64,000 nucleotides of DNA from Acidobacteriota bacterium (lineage in GTDB: Bacteria > Acidobacteriota > UBA6911 > RPQK01 > JAJDTT01), in the NCBI GenBank assembly GCA_965209055.1, contig OZ242374.1, positions 2,880,001 to 2,944,000 of the forward strand. Reading direction: 5' to 3'. The notes beneath the pieces were generated by a model. The model was given only the letters and a program-made list of their open reading frames with translations, was not told where the DNA came from and searched no databases. Shown piece after piece: positions 9,197 to 18,779 of this stretch. A program made the translations under genes and the position numbers. Numbering within the stretch: position 1 is the first letter of the stretch; each line of letters opens with the position of its first letter.

Positions 9197-10434
9197 TCCT
9201 CGATGATGGTCCCCACCAGGACCTCGTCGGTGACGTTGGCCGGACTGATCACTTCGCCTCCCGCCAGGTACAGCTTGCCCCGCACCAGGCTCAGCTCGGC
9301 GGCCAGCCGATAGACTCCCCGGGAGAAATCGATCCAGTCGACGTCCAGAGCCTTGTGCCTCATCTCGGGAGGGGGCCGGTAGGGAGGCAGCTTGGTGGGA
9401 AGGATCCGGTAGACCTCCTCTTCAGCGTCGAAGACCAGCACCTCGAAGTTGGGAGCGGGCCGGTCGGGGATCCGGTCCGCGTGGGCGTAGGGATGGTCCA
9501 CGGGATAGTCTCTCATCCCCCCGGCGATGATGACGTAACGGTCCCGGTGCACGGCCGCTTCCCAGCCTCCGGCGGGAAAGGGCAGGTCGGGAAGCCTCCG
9601 CCAGCGCAGGGAGCGAAGGTTCAGGACGTACGCATCTCCGCCGTGCCGGCGATGCGGGTGGAAATCGTCTCCCCCCTCGGCGTAGTTGACGTAGAAGCCT
9701 CCGAACACGTACACCTTCTCGCCGATGGCCACGGCGGCCAAAGACTCGCGGCCGAAGCCGGGAATGGGGGGGATTTCCCTCCATCCGCGCCCGGGATCGG
9801 CCGTATCGAAGATCTCCACCGAGTTGATGTAGACGCCCGGATGGTCTCCGGTGAAGGGGGACGCTCCGAAGGAGGCCTGCCCGCCCAGCACGACGATGGA
9901 TGTTCCGGAGGAGACTGCGGCCGCGAGAAATCGCCCGGTGATCAGCGACAGCATCTCACGCCACCGCCATTCTCCGGACCTGCTGGACAGCCGGAACATG
10001 CGATTTGTCGTGATGTCCACGCGGTCCTGGGGCCAGCGAACCGTTCCCGTCAGGAGGTAGAAGTCGTTTCCCACCGCCACGCCCTGAGGCCAGCTCAGGC
10101 CCACCGGCGCGTCAGGCAGAGTCCCATAGTTGTTGGTACGGGTGTCGAAAAGCCATACGCTGTTGTGCCTGCCCCGTTCCCGCGAGTTCCTGGTTGGGTT
10201 CCATCCCGGATAACCCGGAGCTCCCGCCGCCACGATAACGTCGCCCAACACGGCCTGCGCCTGTCCCTTGGTCGGCCAGGGCAGCGGTTTCCCGGGGGTC
10301 CAGGTGATGTCGCGGATTCCGGCGCCCGCGGCTTGAATCGGAAGCCACAGGCACAGCAACCAGGGGACGGCTCGCACGGATCCGGCAATTGGTTGAAGAG
10401 CGCCGTGCAACCGTCGCCCCACCCGACCAGCCAT
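9193..10434 (-). CDS. Kelch-repeat beta-propeller protein, paralog of 7919-9196
   Basis: ATG 10434 with GGAG RBS; signal peptide; VYVFGG repeats; 4-nt overlap with the next gene. Confidence 0.8.
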   Translation of the reverse strand: MAGRVGRRLHGALQPIAGSVRAVPWLLCLWLPIQAAGAGIRDITWTPGKPLPWPTKGQAQAVLGDVIVAAGAPGYPGWNPTRNSRERGRHNSVWLFDTRTNNYGTLPDAPVGLSWPQGVAVGNDFYLLTGTVRWPQDRVDITTNRMFRLSSRSGEWRWREMLSLITGRFLAAAVSSGTSIVVLGGQASFGASPFTGDHPGVYINSVEIFDTADPGRGWREIPPIPGFGRESLAAVAIGEKVYVFGGFYVNYAEGGDDFHPHRRHGGDAYVLNLRSLRWRRLPDLPFPAGGWEAAVHRDRYVIIAGGMRDYPVDHPYAHADRIPDRPAPNFEVLVFDAEEEVYRILPTKLPPYRPPPEMRHKALDVDWIDFSRGVYRLAAELSLVRGKLYLAGGEVISPANVTDEVLVGTIIEE

Positions 10435-10604
10435 AATCGGATCCACTCCTTCAAATTTCCTGAATTGTTCCAAGAACAAGCGGGAGGCCGAATTGTAACA
10501 GCCTGGAGGAGAAGTGAGAAACGAGGCGCGGGAAGTGAGATCGGGAGGGGACGAACGGATCTTCTCTTCGCCGGCCCGACCTTGGAAATCCCGGCGGTTT
10601 GCTG

Positions 10605-10613
10605 TGATATAAT
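10605..10613 (+). promoter_or_regulatory. Extended -10 promoter
   Basis: TG-A-TATAAT about 30 nt upstream of the GWxTD start codon. Confidence 0.5.
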
Positions 10614-10643
10614 TTGCTTATTCCAGGAACAGGACAGGGGACT

Positions 10644-12299
10644 ATGCGAATCCTTTACTCTCTACTCAAGACTCTGGGTGTCGCTTTCCTTTTGGTGGCG
10701 ATTTCTCCCGCTCCCGTACTGGGATCCAAGGACAGGAAGACCAAGGAGGAAAGGAAACGGGAGAAGGAGGCCAAGAAGCGCGACCAGCGCCAGCGGGTGG
10801 AGGAGCAGCAGGACTACTTCAAGAAGTGGTTGACGGAGGACGTCGTCTACATCATCACGGATGAAGAGAAAAAGGTCTTCAACAACCTGAGCACCGACGC
10901 CGAACGGGACGCCTTCATCGAGCAGTTCTGGCGCCGCCGGGACCCGGATCCGCGATCCGCCCTCAACGAATTCAAAGAGGAGCACTACCGGCGGATCGCC
11001 TACGCCAACGACCACTTCTACTCGGGCGTCGAAGGCTGGTATACGGATCGCGGCCGCATCTACATCACCTACGGTCCGCCCAGCCAGAAAGAGAGTCACC
11101 ACGGAGGCCTCTACCAGCGGAGAGTTCTGGAGGAAGGGGGCGGCTGGACCAACGTCTATGCCTTCGAACGCTGGTTCTACAACTACATCCCGGGGGTGGG
11201 CAGCGGCATCGAGATCGAGTTCGTCGACGCCAGCAAGACGGGCGAGTACAAGATCGCGCTCAGGCCTTCCGAGAAGGACGCCTTGTGGCAGGTCGGATCC
11301 AGCCCGACCGTCGAGGAGATGTTCGGAGGCGTCACCCGCGACGGTACGATGCTTGCGGATCTGGCCATGCGCAACATCGGGCTCAACGACGGGACCTTCA
11401 TGCGGGGCGCCCAGCCGTTCGACCGGGTGCGCAACTACTTCCTTCTCAACAAGCCTCCCAAGGTCGAATTCGAGCATCTCCGGGGCGACGTGGAAACGCG
11501 CCTCCTGTACGACCCCATTCCCCTGGAGATGGTCATCGGGAACTATCGGGTGGGTGAGGACGCCTTCCTGGTCCCCCTCACCGTCCGGGTGCCGGCCCAC
11601 GAACTGACTTACGACGCCGATCTTAAGAATGTCACCCGGGCGACCATCCAGGTTTATGGGAAGGCCCAGACCCTCACCGGCAATGTGGTCTACGAGTTCG
11701 AGGATCTGATCGCTGCCGACACTTCCAAATCGAAGGGATTGAAGGCGGGCACCAACTTCCTCTACCAGAAACAGTTGCCCCTCAGGCCGGGCCGGTACAA
11801 GCTGACGGTGATCCTGCAGGAAGAATCGAGCAAGCGGGTCGCCATCGAAGTGTCGTCGGTCCACCTGTCCAAGACCCAGATGGGATCCCTCACCAGCAGC
11901 ACCCTGGTGGTGGCCGACGGATTCGCCTCTTCTGCTCCGGAGCAGACCCTCTCCGACCCCTTCGTGACGCCCAGCGGAATCAAGGTCTATCCCAACGTCT
12001 CCCAGGAATTCTCTCCCGGGGCCTTCCTCAGCCTCTACTCGGAGGCCTATGAAGTGGCTCTGGATCAGGCGACGCGCCAGCCGGCGCTGGACGCCGAGTT
12101 CGTGATCATGAAGGGACGCGAACAGATCCGGTCGGAGGAACCCAGGCTGCTGCAGATGGAAGACCGGGTGATCTTGATGCATACCATGCCCCTGGAGGGG
12201 GTGGAGCCGGGACGTTACCAGGTCATGATGCAGCTCCGTGACCGGATCAGTGGCCAGGAGGCCTCCAAGCGCGCCAACTTCGAGATCCGGGGCGATTGA
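10644..12299 (+). CDS. GWxTD domain-containing protein
   Basis: FW-x-RRDP, EHYRRIAYAN, GWYTDRGRIYITYGPP; signal peptide. Confidence 0.9.
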   Translation: MRILYSLLKTLGVAFLLVAISPAPVLGSKDRKTKEERKREKEAKKRDQRQRVEEQQDYFKKWLTEDVVYIITDEEKKVFNNLSTDAERDAFIEQFWRRRDPDPRSALNEFKEEHYRRIAYANDHFYSGVEGWYTDRGRIYITYGPPSQKESHHGGLYQRRVLEEGGGWTNVYAFERWFYNYIPGVGSGIEIEFVDASKTGEYKIALRPSEKDALWQVGSSPTVEEMFGGVTRDGTMLADLAMRNIGLNDGTFMRGAQPFDRVRNYFLLNKPPKVEFEHLRGDVETRLLYDPIPLEMVIGNYRVGEDAFLVPLTVRVPAHELTYDADLKNVTRATIQVYGKAQTLTGNVVYEFEDLIAADTSKSKGLKAGTNFLYQKQLPLRPGRYKLTVILQEESSKRVAIEVSSVHLSKTQMGSLTSSTLVVADGFASSAPEQTLSDPFVTPSGIKVYPNVSQEFSPGAFLSLYSEAYEVALDQATRQPALDAEFVIMKGREQIRSEEPRLLQMEDRVILMHTMPLEGVEPGRYQVMMQLRDRISGQEASKRANFEIRGD

Positions 12300-12309
12300 G
12301 AGATCCGGT

Positions 12310-14043
12310 TTGCTCCACAAATCCCTCATCCGTGCCGGGCTCCGGCCGGTGTTCCCGAGTACGTTCGAGGGTCCCCTTCAGCGCTGGTTGAAGCTCTTTT
12401 TGTTCGTTTTCGCCCTGGCGCGCCCGCTCAGCCTGCACGCCGGCGCCGCGTCCGATTCCGCACCCTCTTTTCGGGACGTGAGCGGTGAGGCCGGCATCTC
12501 CTTCATCCACAGCAGCGGCGCGTCTCCGGAAAAGTATCTGGTCGAGACCATGGGTTCCGGGGGAGGCTTCCTGGACTACGATGGCGACGGCTGGATGGAC
12601 GTCTACCTGGTCAACAGCGGCCCCACTCCCTCGTCTCCTTCGGCGCCGCCGGGAACGAACCGGCTCTTTCGCAACAATGGGGACGGAAGCTTCAGCGACG
12701 TGACGGAGCAGGCCGGGGTCGGCGATCCCTCCTATGGCATGGGCTGTGTCTTCGCCGACTACGACAACGACGGGGACGTGGACCTCTACGTCACCAACCT
12801 GGGGCCCAACGTTCTTTACCGCAACAATGGGGACGGCACCTTTACCGATGTCTCGGCTGCCGCCGGCGTGGCCGACCCTCTCTGGAGCACCAGCGCCGCC
12901 TTCGGAGACTACGACCAGGACGGCTGGCTGGATCTTTACGTCGGCAACTATCTGAGGTTCACCTTCGACACTCACCGCCGCTGCTATTCGGGAGAGCTCC
13001 TCATCTACTGTTTTCCCCACAGCTACGACGGTGTTCCCAATACGCTCTACCGCAACCGGGGCGACGGAACCTTCGAGCAAGCGAACGAGAAGGCCGGCGT
13101 GACGGAGGAGGCTCAATATTCCAAGAGCCTGGGCGTGCTCTGGCTGGATCTGGAGGGGGACGGCGATCTGGATCTCTACGTGGCCAACGACACCACGGCC
13201 AACTATGTCTTCCGGAATGGGGGCAACGGCGTCTTCGAGGACGTCTCGTTGCTGTCCGGAGGCGCCTTCAACGGGATGGGCATGGCGCAATCGGGGATGG
13301 GCGTGGACGCCGGCGATCTGGCCGGGAACGGACTCTACAGCATCTTCGTGACCAACTTTTCGCTCCAGACCAACGACCTGTACTGGAACAACGGCCAGGG
13401 GATCCTCACGGACCATACGCTCCAGGCCGGGCTCTCCCAGGAGAGCTTCCTGCCGCTGGGGTTCGGCGCCAATTTCCTGGATTACGACAACGACGGGCTG
13501 CTCGACCTCTTCGTGGCCAACGGTCACGTGTTCGACAACATCAACACCATCAATCCCAGCCTGGAATATGCCCAGCCCAACCAGCTCTTTCGAAACCGGG
13601 GCGACGGCCGGTTCGATGCCGTCTCGGCGAGGTCCGGGCCTTATTTCTCGCGCAAGAACGTGTCTCGAGGTTCGGCCGTGGCCGACTACAACAACGACGG
13701 CCGTCTGGACCTGCTGGTGACCAACAACAATCAGAAGGCGGACCTGCTGGAGAATCGGTCGGCGGGGAATCACCACTGGCTGCAACTGCGGCTCGAGGGG
13801 ACTCACTGCAATCGGGACGGGGTGGGCGCCAAGGTGCGGCTTGAGGCGGGAGGCCGCCGGCTCAGCCAGGAAGTCCGGGCCGGAAGCAGCTACCTGAGCC
13901 AGAGCGATCTGCGGGTCCATTTCGGACTGGGCGCCGCGGCCAGGATCGATTCCATCGAAGTCCTCTGGCCCTGCGGCAGGCGGCAAACGGTGCCGCCCCC
14001 CGTGGATGTGGACCGTATCCTGCCGGTCAAGGAGTCGAGCTGA
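12310..14043 (+). CDS. CRTAC1-family protein (FG-GAP/VCBS repeats plus ASPIC/UnbV); start uncertain
   Basis: Repeated DYDNDGxxDL; ETMGSG; C-terminal GSSYLSQSDLRVHFGLG. Confidence 0.9.
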   Translation: MLHKSLIRAGLRPVFPSTFEGPLQRWLKLFLFVFALARPLSLHAGAASDSAPSFRDVSGEAGISFIHSSGASPEKYLVETMGSGGGFLDYDGDGWMDVYLVNSGPTPSSPSAPPGTNRLFRNNGDGSFSDVTEQAGVGDPSYGMGCVFADYDNDGDVDLYVTNLGPNVLYRNNGDGTFTDVSAAAGVADPLWSTSAAFGDYDQDGWLDLYVGNYLRFTFDTHRRCYSGELLIYCFPHSYDGVPNTLYRNRGDGTFEQANEKAGVTEEAQYSKSLGVLWLDLEGDGDLDLYVANDTTANYVFRNGGNGVFEDVSLLSGGAFNGMGMAQSGMGVDAGDLAGNGLYSIFVTNFSLQTNDLYWNNGQGILTDHTLQAGLSQESFLPLGFGANFLDYDNDGLLDLFVANGHVFDNINTINPSLEYAQPNQLFRNRGDGRFDAVSARSGPYFSRKNVSRGSAVADYNNDGRLDLLVTNNNQKADLLENRSAGNHHWLQLRLEGTHCNRDGVGAKVRLEAGGRRLSQEVRAGSSYLSQSDLRVHFGLGAAARIDSIEVLWPCGRRQTVPPPVDVDRILPVKESS

Positions 14044-14044
14044 C

Positions 14045-15289
14045 GTGAATTTCATCCTCCCGGCCGCCTGGGGGGTGCTTTTTCTCCTCCAGGGGATTTC
14101 CCCTCGGCCTGATCCGTTGCTGGAACGGGCTCTCCGGAAGATTGCCGTCAGCGAAGACTACGTGGGGGCTCTGGCCGACCTGGAAGCATCGCTCCGGGGC
14201 CCCGATCCCAACCCGCAAGCCCATTACCAGGCAGGCGTCTGCCGCACCATCCTGCGGGATTATTCCAAGGCTCTCGACAGTTTTCGAAGTGCCAGGGAGC
14301 TGGGAGTCCGCGGGTGGGAGTTGGAGCTGGGCTTCGGGATCGCCTATTTCCACTTGCATCAGGACGAAAAGGCTCGCGGACATTTCGAGAGGACTCTCTC
14401 CCTCAAGCCCAATGATCCGAACGCGCTTTTCCACCTGGGGCGGCTGGATTTCAAGGCCGGGGATGCGGCCCGGGCCTCGGAGCGATTCCGCCAGGTGTTG
14501 GCCCGCCAGCCGGACCATCAGGGGGCCCTCTTCAGCCTGGGGTCCGCCCTGATTCGCCAGGGGAAGGAACGGGAAGGGAAGAAGGTGCTGGAGCACCATC
14601 GGCGGGTCGGCCATCTGCAGGGGCGCCTGAAATCGCTGAGTCTCATGGCCGATTCCCCCAAGTCCTCGGCCGAGGTCTTTGCCGACCTGGGAGACGTCTT
14701 TCTGGAGCTGGGCCGTAAGGAGGACGCCCTCAAGGCCTACGAGAAGGCGGAGGAGCTCACGCCGGGAACGGCCCTGACCGGGCTCGGCCGGGGAACGCTG
14801 GCCTACGGACAAGGAGACTGGACGGAGGCCAGGACCCATCTCCTGACATATCTGGAAAAAGTGGGCGGAGACTGCCAGGGGTATCTCTTGCTGGGCTTGA
14901 TGGAAAAGCAGGAGAAGAAGTACGGCTTGGCCCGCCAGCACTTGAATCGCGGGCTCGAGCTCTGTCCCGGGCGCCTCCTGATTCTGGCCAGCCTGGCCGA
15001 GCTGGAGCTCCAGCGGGGAAACGTCGCCGGGGCCGAGGAATTCTCGCAGAAGATGATCCGGATCGATGCCGATTTCGCGGCCGGCCCCTTCTTTCTGGCC
15101 TTCTGCCGCATTTACCAGCAGCGACTGGAGGAGGCCGAGGAGCTGGGCCGGCGGACCCTGGAACTGGACGACAGGAATCCGAATCACCACCTCCTCATGA
15201 AGGCGGTCTACCAGGCCCGCGGCGACGCCGAAAAAGCGCGTCACCACGACGACCGGGCCAACCAGCTCCGCGGCGCAGCCGGTCCGTGA
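14045..15289 (+). CDS. Tetratricopeptide-repeat protein
   Basis: GTG start 1 nt after the upstream stop; repeated TPR helices (A..LG..Y...A). Confidence 0.8.
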   Translation: MNFILPAAWGVLFLLQGISPRPDPLLERALRKIAVSEDYVGALADLEASLRGPDPNPQAHYQAGVCRTILRDYSKALDSFRSARELGVRGWELELGFGIAYFHLHQDEKARGHFERTLSLKPNDPNALFHLGRLDFKAGDAARASERFRQVLARQPDHQGALFSLGSALIRQGKEREGKKVLEHHRRVGHLQGRLKSLSLMADSPKSSAEVFADLGDVFLELGRKEDALKAYEKAEELTPGTALTGLGRGTLAYGQGDWTEARTHLLTYLEKVGGDCQGYLLLGLMEKQEKKYGLARQHLNRGLELCPGRLLILASLAELELQRGNVAGAEEFSQKMIRIDADFAAGPFFLAFCRIYQQRLEEAEELGRRTLELDDRNPNHHLLMKAVYQARGDAEKARHHDDRANQLRGAAGP

Positions 15290-15312
15290 ACCCCGTCGGA
15301 TTCTAACGATGA

Positions 15313-15347
15313 GTTGACATTGTGCATTTGAAATGCATAATGTCGAC
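15313..15347 (+). promoter_or_regulatory. Promoter embedded in a 35-bp near-perfect palindrome (putative operator)
   Basis: GTTGACATTGTGCATTT-G-AAATGCATAATGTCGAC; contains TTGACA (15314-15319) and CATAAT (15336-15341). Confidence 0.7.
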
Positions 15348-15397
15348 ATAAGGACGGTCATCTCCCGCTTTTCCATCGACAACGATCCAGTCCCAGG

Positions 15398-16618
15398 ATG
15401 CAAAACTACATTGAGCGTTCTCTGGAACCGGTCCTCAGGAAGGCGTTCTCTCAGTTTCCCGCCGTCGTTCTGACCGGACCGCGCCAGTCCGGCAAGACAA
15501 CGATCCTGCAGAGGCTCTTCGGAGGCCGCTGCCGGTACGTCTCCCTGGAGCCTCCGGACGTTCAGGCGTCCGCGCTGCATGATCCGCGCAGTTTCTTGGA
15601 AACCTGCCGGCCGCCGGCGATTTTCGATGAGGTGCAGTACGTTCCCGGGCTGCTTCCATACATCAAGGAGAAGATCGATGCGAACAGGCATCGGACGGGG
15701 CAGTACCTGCTCACCGGCTCGCAGAACCTGTTGCTCATGGAGAAGGTGACCGAGTCGTTGGCGGGCCGCGCGGCCATGCTTCGGTTGTTGCCTCTCTCCA
15801 GACGTGAAGCCGAAGGACGGCCGCGGCTGCTTCTTCCCTGGGAACGTAGCGGGCACCCGGCTTCAATGCCGGCTTACGCATTTGGAGGACTCTGGAAAAA
15901 CTTTATTCGGGGCGGGTACCCGGAACTCGTGTCCCAGCCTGAAAGGGACGTGTCCCTCTGGCATTCCAGCTATATCCAGACCTATCTCGAGCGGGACGTT
16001 CGCACCCTCCGGCAGGTAGGCGACCTGACCCGGTATCAGAGTTTTGTCCGGGTTCTGGCGGCCAGAAGCGCTCAACTCTTGAACCTGACGGATGTCGCAC
16101 GAGACCTGGGCGTCGCCGTCAATACCGTCAAGGCCTGGCTCTCGGTGCTTGAAGCCAGCTACCAGGTCACGGTGCTGCGCCCCTACTTCGCCAACGTCGG
16201 GAAACGCCTCGTCAAGCGCCCGAAAGTGTATTTCACCGACACGGGGACACTCTGTCACCTCGTGGGTCTCAGGGACCCCGAACACGCCGCCTCGGGTCCC
16301 ATGGGCGGCGCTATCCTGGAGACGGCGGTGTTGTCCGAGATCGTCCGAACGCTGACGCATCGAGGGGTCGAGCCGCGGGTCTACTTTTGGAGGACGATGG
16401 CCGGGACGGAGATCGACTTCGTGATCGAGGCCGGGGGGAAGCTGGTGCCGTTGGAGGTGAAACTGTCCGCCACGCCGCGCCAACCAATGGCACGTGCCAT
16501 CAGTACTTTCCGGAGGGACCTGAAAGAGGCGGCGCGATCGGGATACCTCGTACATCCCGGTGATGTTCGCCTGCCTTTGGGCTCGGACGTGAACACATGC
16601 CCCTTCGCAGACCTGTAA
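15398..16618 (+). CDS. AAA_14 ATPase with DUF4143 domain (HTH plus PD-(D/E)xK-like C-terminus)
   Basis: Walker A GPRQSGKT, Walker B IFDEVQ, LTGSQ, ESLAGR, GGYPE, EIDF...LEVK. Confidence 0.92.
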   Translation: MQNYIERSLEPVLRKAFSQFPAVVLTGPRQSGKTTILQRLFGGRCRYVSLEPPDVQASALHDPRSFLETCRPPAIFDEVQYVPGLLPYIKEKIDANRHRTGQYLLTGSQNLLLMEKVTESLAGRAAMLRLLPLSRREAEGRPRLLLPWERSGHPASMPAYAFGGLWKNFIRGGYPELVSQPERDVSLWHSSYIQTYLERDVRTLRQVGDLTRYQSFVRVLAARSAQLLNLTDVARDLGVAVNTVKAWLSVLEASYQVTVLRPYFANVGKRLVKRPKVYFTDTGTLCHLVGLRDPEHAASGPMGGAILETAVLSEIVRTLTHRGVEPRVYFWRTMAGTEIDFVIEAGGKLVPLEVKLSATPRQPMARAISTFRRDLKEAARSGYLVHPGDVRLPLGSDVNTCPFADL

Positions 16619-16709
16619 CCACACTTCGAAAATCAAGTCGTGGTCATCACGAAATGAAGAAAGGAGCTTCCGCGCCGGTTAGAATGGCCGGGTTTCACGA
16701 GGCGATACC

Positions 16710-18779
16710 ATGTCGTTGAGGGCGTTTCTCCGAAACCTTCCCCGCGGTCACGTGGCCACCATCGCCGGGGTGGGCTGGCAGTCGGGAACCGAGGCCGCCA
16801 CCACCGATGCGGGTTGGCCCATGGGAGTGGTGCGCGACCCCCGGGGAGATCTCCTGGTGGTGGACTACCACGGCCAGCGGATCTGGAGGATTGACGGAGA
16901 CGGGATTCTCCACACCTTCGCCGGCGACGGAGTCCAGGGGTTTGCCGGAGATGGAGGACCTGCCAGGCACGCCCGATTCGATTCTCCCCATGACCTCTGG
17001 AGGGACCCGGAAGGGAATCTCTACCTGAGCGATCTGGGGAACTACCGGATCCGCCGCATCGATGCCGCCACCGGCGTCATCACGACCGTGGCCGGGTGCG
17101 GGGTCCGGGGCCGGGAAGGGGACGGAGGCCCGGCGACGGAGGCGCAACTGGACATCTCCTCCGGCGTGGCCAAGGACTCGCAGGGCAATCTCTACATCGC
17201 CGACGAACCCTCGTCCACGGTGCGGAAGGTGGATACCCAGGGCATCATCCGCCGTTACGCCGGCATCGGCGTCGGGGGATACAACGGCGACGGGATCCCG
17301 GCGTTGGAGGCGGCGCTCTATCACTGCGAGCACCTGGCGGTCGATTCCCGAGACAACCTCTACATCTGCGACAACAGCAACGACCGGATCCGCAAGGTGG
17401 ACCGCCGGGGCATTCTGACCACCGTGCTGGGCAACCCTTATCCCGTGGGCGTCGACTGCGGCTCCCTCCGATCCTCCATCGGCGACGGAGGCCCGGCCTC
17501 CGCCGCCTGCATCATCATGCCCGACGCCATCTTCATCGACGCCCGGGACAATCTGTACGTGGCCGAGAAATACGGTTTCCGCGTGCGCCGGGTGGACGCG
17601 GCCACGGGCATCGTCCAAACCGTGGTGGGCACCGGGATTCCCGGATTCGGCGAGGACGGTGATGCCGGTCCCGACAGCCGGATCAATTCCTGCGAGTCGG
17701 GTCTCTGGGCCGACCCCGACGGCACCACCTTCTGGGGCGATTGCAGCGGGCGGCTGAGAAGGGTGGACGGGAGGACCGGCGTCGTCTCCACGGTGCTGGG
17801 GGGCGCGTCGGTGAGAGACGGCGGTGTGGCGACGAGCGCCTTCATCACGGGTCCCAACGGCATCGCGGCGGGACCCGAAGGCACCGTTTATTTCGCCGAC
17901 CTCTGGGGCCAGCGGATCCGGGCCATCGACCTGGAGACCTGGCGGATCCGGACCGTCGCCGGGAACGGCGTGCGCTTCTACGGCGGGGACGGCGGGGCAG
18001 CCGTCGACGCCTATCTGGGCAACCCTCACGACGTGGCCCGGGGGCCGGAAGGCGAGATCTACATTGCCGACACCCGCTACAACCGAATCCGGAGGGTCGA
18101 TTCTTCGGGCTCGATTGCGACCCATGTGGGAACCGGCATGAGCTACGACTCGGGAGACGGAGGGCCCTCCGTCTCCGCCGCGGTGACGGCCCCCCTCTCT
18201 GTGGCCGCGTCGCCCCGGGGGGAGGTCTACCTCGGAGACTCGGTGGGGCGAATTCGCCGGGTCGATCCCGCCACCGGGGCCATCACCACCGTGGCCGGCA
18301 CCGGGAGGCCGGGATTCGGTGGAGACGGGGGACCGGCTCGCGAAGCTTCGATATCAGGACCGTCGGCCTTGGCCCTGGACCGGCAGGGGAACCTCTATTT
18401 CGCCGATACCGGAAACCACGCCGTCCGCCGCGTCGACGTCGACGGGCGAATGCGGACCGTGGTCGGGACGGGACGGCGGGGGCGGGCTCCCGACGGCGCC
18501 CGGGCGGATGGCGCTCCTCTCGACTCTCCACGTGGAGTGGCCGTGGACCGGGAGGGCAATCTCTACATCGCGGACACGGGCAACCACCGGGTGCTGGTCT
18601 CGACCCGGGAACGGGGCGTGCGCGTGCTGGCCGGCACCGGTGAAGGCGGAGAATCGGGAGACGGGGGTCCGGCCTCCCGCTGCCGTTTCAACCATCCGAC
18701 CGGCTTGGCGCTGGTAGAGGGATGCCTGCTGGTGAGCGATCACTACAACAACCGCATCCGTGCCATTAAACTGCAGTGA
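16710..18779 (+). CDS. NHL-repeat protein (two teneurin-like NHL propellers)
   Basis: About 12 repeats of GNLYIAD..N.RIR.VD...I.TVAG.G..G..GDGGPA. Confidence 0.9.
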   Translation: MSLRAFLRNLPRGHVATIAGVGWQSGTEAATTDAGWPMGVVRDPRGDLLVVDYHGQRIWRIDGDGILHTFAGDGVQGFAGDGGPARHARFDSPHDLWRDPEGNLYLSDLGNYRIRRIDAATGVITTVAGCGVRGREGDGGPATEAQLDISSGVAKDSQGNLYIADEPSSTVRKVDTQGIIRRYAGIGVGGYNGDGIPALEAALYHCEHLAVDSRDNLYICDNSNDRIRKVDRRGILTTVLGNPYPVGVDCGSLRSSIGDGGPASAACIIMPDAIFIDARDNLYVAEKYGFRVRRVDAATGIVQTVVGTGIPGFGEDGDAGPDSRINSCESGLWADPDGTTFWGDCSGRLRRVDGRTGVVSTVLGGASVRDGGVATSAFITGPNGIAAGPEGTVYFADLWGQRIRAIDLETWRIRTVAGNGVRFYGGDGGAAVDAYLGNPHDVARGPEGEIYIADTRYNRIRRVDSSGSIATHVGTGMSYDSGDGGPSVSAAVTAPLSVAASPRGEVYLGDSVGRIRRVDPATGAITTVAGTGRPGFGGDGGPAREASISGPSALALDRQGNLYFADTGNHAVRRVDVDGRMRTVVGTGRRGRAPDGARADGAPLDSPRGVAVDREGNLYIADTGNHRVLVSTRERGVRVLAGTGEGGESGDGGPASRCRFNHPTGLALVEGCLLVSDHYNNRIRAIKLQ

